From Verrucomicrobiota bacterium (lineage in GTDB: Bacteria; Verrucomicrobiota; Verrucomicrobiia; Opitutales; Seribacteraceae): 64,000 bases of DNA. Position 1 is the stretch's first letter, and the number at the start of each line of letters is the position of its first letter. The notes beneath the pieces are model-generated. The model saw only the letters and a program-made list of their open reading frames with translations. It was not told the DNA's origin and searched no databases. The stretch spans positions 324,266 through 388,265 of the forward strand of contig JAQBYT010000002.1 of the NCBI GenBank assembly GCA_027622665.1, written 5' to 3'. A program made the translations under genes and the position numbers. Positions 63,552 through 64,000 of this stretch are shown here, one piece after another.

Positions 63552-64000
63552 GGGGTGTGGAGTGGTCGTCGGGCGTGGTTAGTGGACCAGTATTTCGGAT
63601 GCGTCCCCCCAACGCTGTCATTGCGAGGAAGGTCTCGAAGAGAACTGACGTGGCAATCCAGTCCGGGCCGTAATGCGGGATGCCGTGGCGATGCGGTGCG
63701 ATGCCTATGCGGTCGCTGGATTGCCGCGTCAGGCTAACGCCTTCCTCGCAATGACAACGCAAAAAAAACATGGCGGATGCCAGGGTGTGGCGTGGTGGGC
63801 GGGCGTGGTTCGCGTCCCAGTGTTTCGGATGCGTCCCCCCAACGCTGTCATTGCGAGGAAGGTCTCGAAGAGAACTGACGTGGCAATCCAGTCCGGGTCG
63901 TAATGCGGGATCCCGTGGCGATGCGGTGCGATGCCTATGCGTCCGCTGGATTGCCGCGTCGGGACTTCGTCCCTCCTCGCAATGACAACGCAAGAAACAT
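63552..64000. repeat. Tandem ~230-bp direct repeat, each unit containing a ~141-bp palindromic TGTCATTGCGAG...CTCGCAATGACA REP-like element
   Basis: Elements at 63616-63756 and 63846-63987 with terminal inverted repeats and an internal GACGTGGCAATCCAG/CTGGATTGCCGCGTC stem. Confidence 0.9.

Noticed and set aside
63552..64000. CRISPR array, or the 165-aa ORF at 63496-63993
   Set aside because: Units are ~230 bp with no unique spacers and no cas genes. The ORF is just a translation of the palindromic repeat (CHCEE...).

Overview
Bacterial chromosomal segment. The gene content (PVC-type heme-binding CxxCH protein, DUF1501, two DUF1592/DUF1552 pairs, several sulfatases, an Opitutae-like Trp/Tyr-rich C-terminal domain) suggests a PVC-superphylum organism, most likely Verrucomicrobiota (inference). 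From left to right: a heme/dehydrogenase gene, queC-queD-queE, a YHYH surface protein and two DoxX genes. A defence/mobile hotspot follows at about 9-29 kb: Fic-MerR, GIY-YIG nuclease, a DUF932/excisionase relic, a type I R-M operon carrying four embedded accessory genes, a nucleotidyltransferase toxin-antitoxin-like pair and an orphan C5 methyltransferase. About 34 kb of secreted hydrolases, sulfatases and PVC cytochrome systems come next, and the window ends in tandem palindromic REP-like elements. The most striking unexplained pattern is that, at least six times, a short diverged copy of the end of an intact gene lies displaced from it in the same orientation, usually bracketing one or a few accessory genes. 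No integrase or transposase gene is present in the window. All family calls come from motif recognition by eye; no database searches were run.
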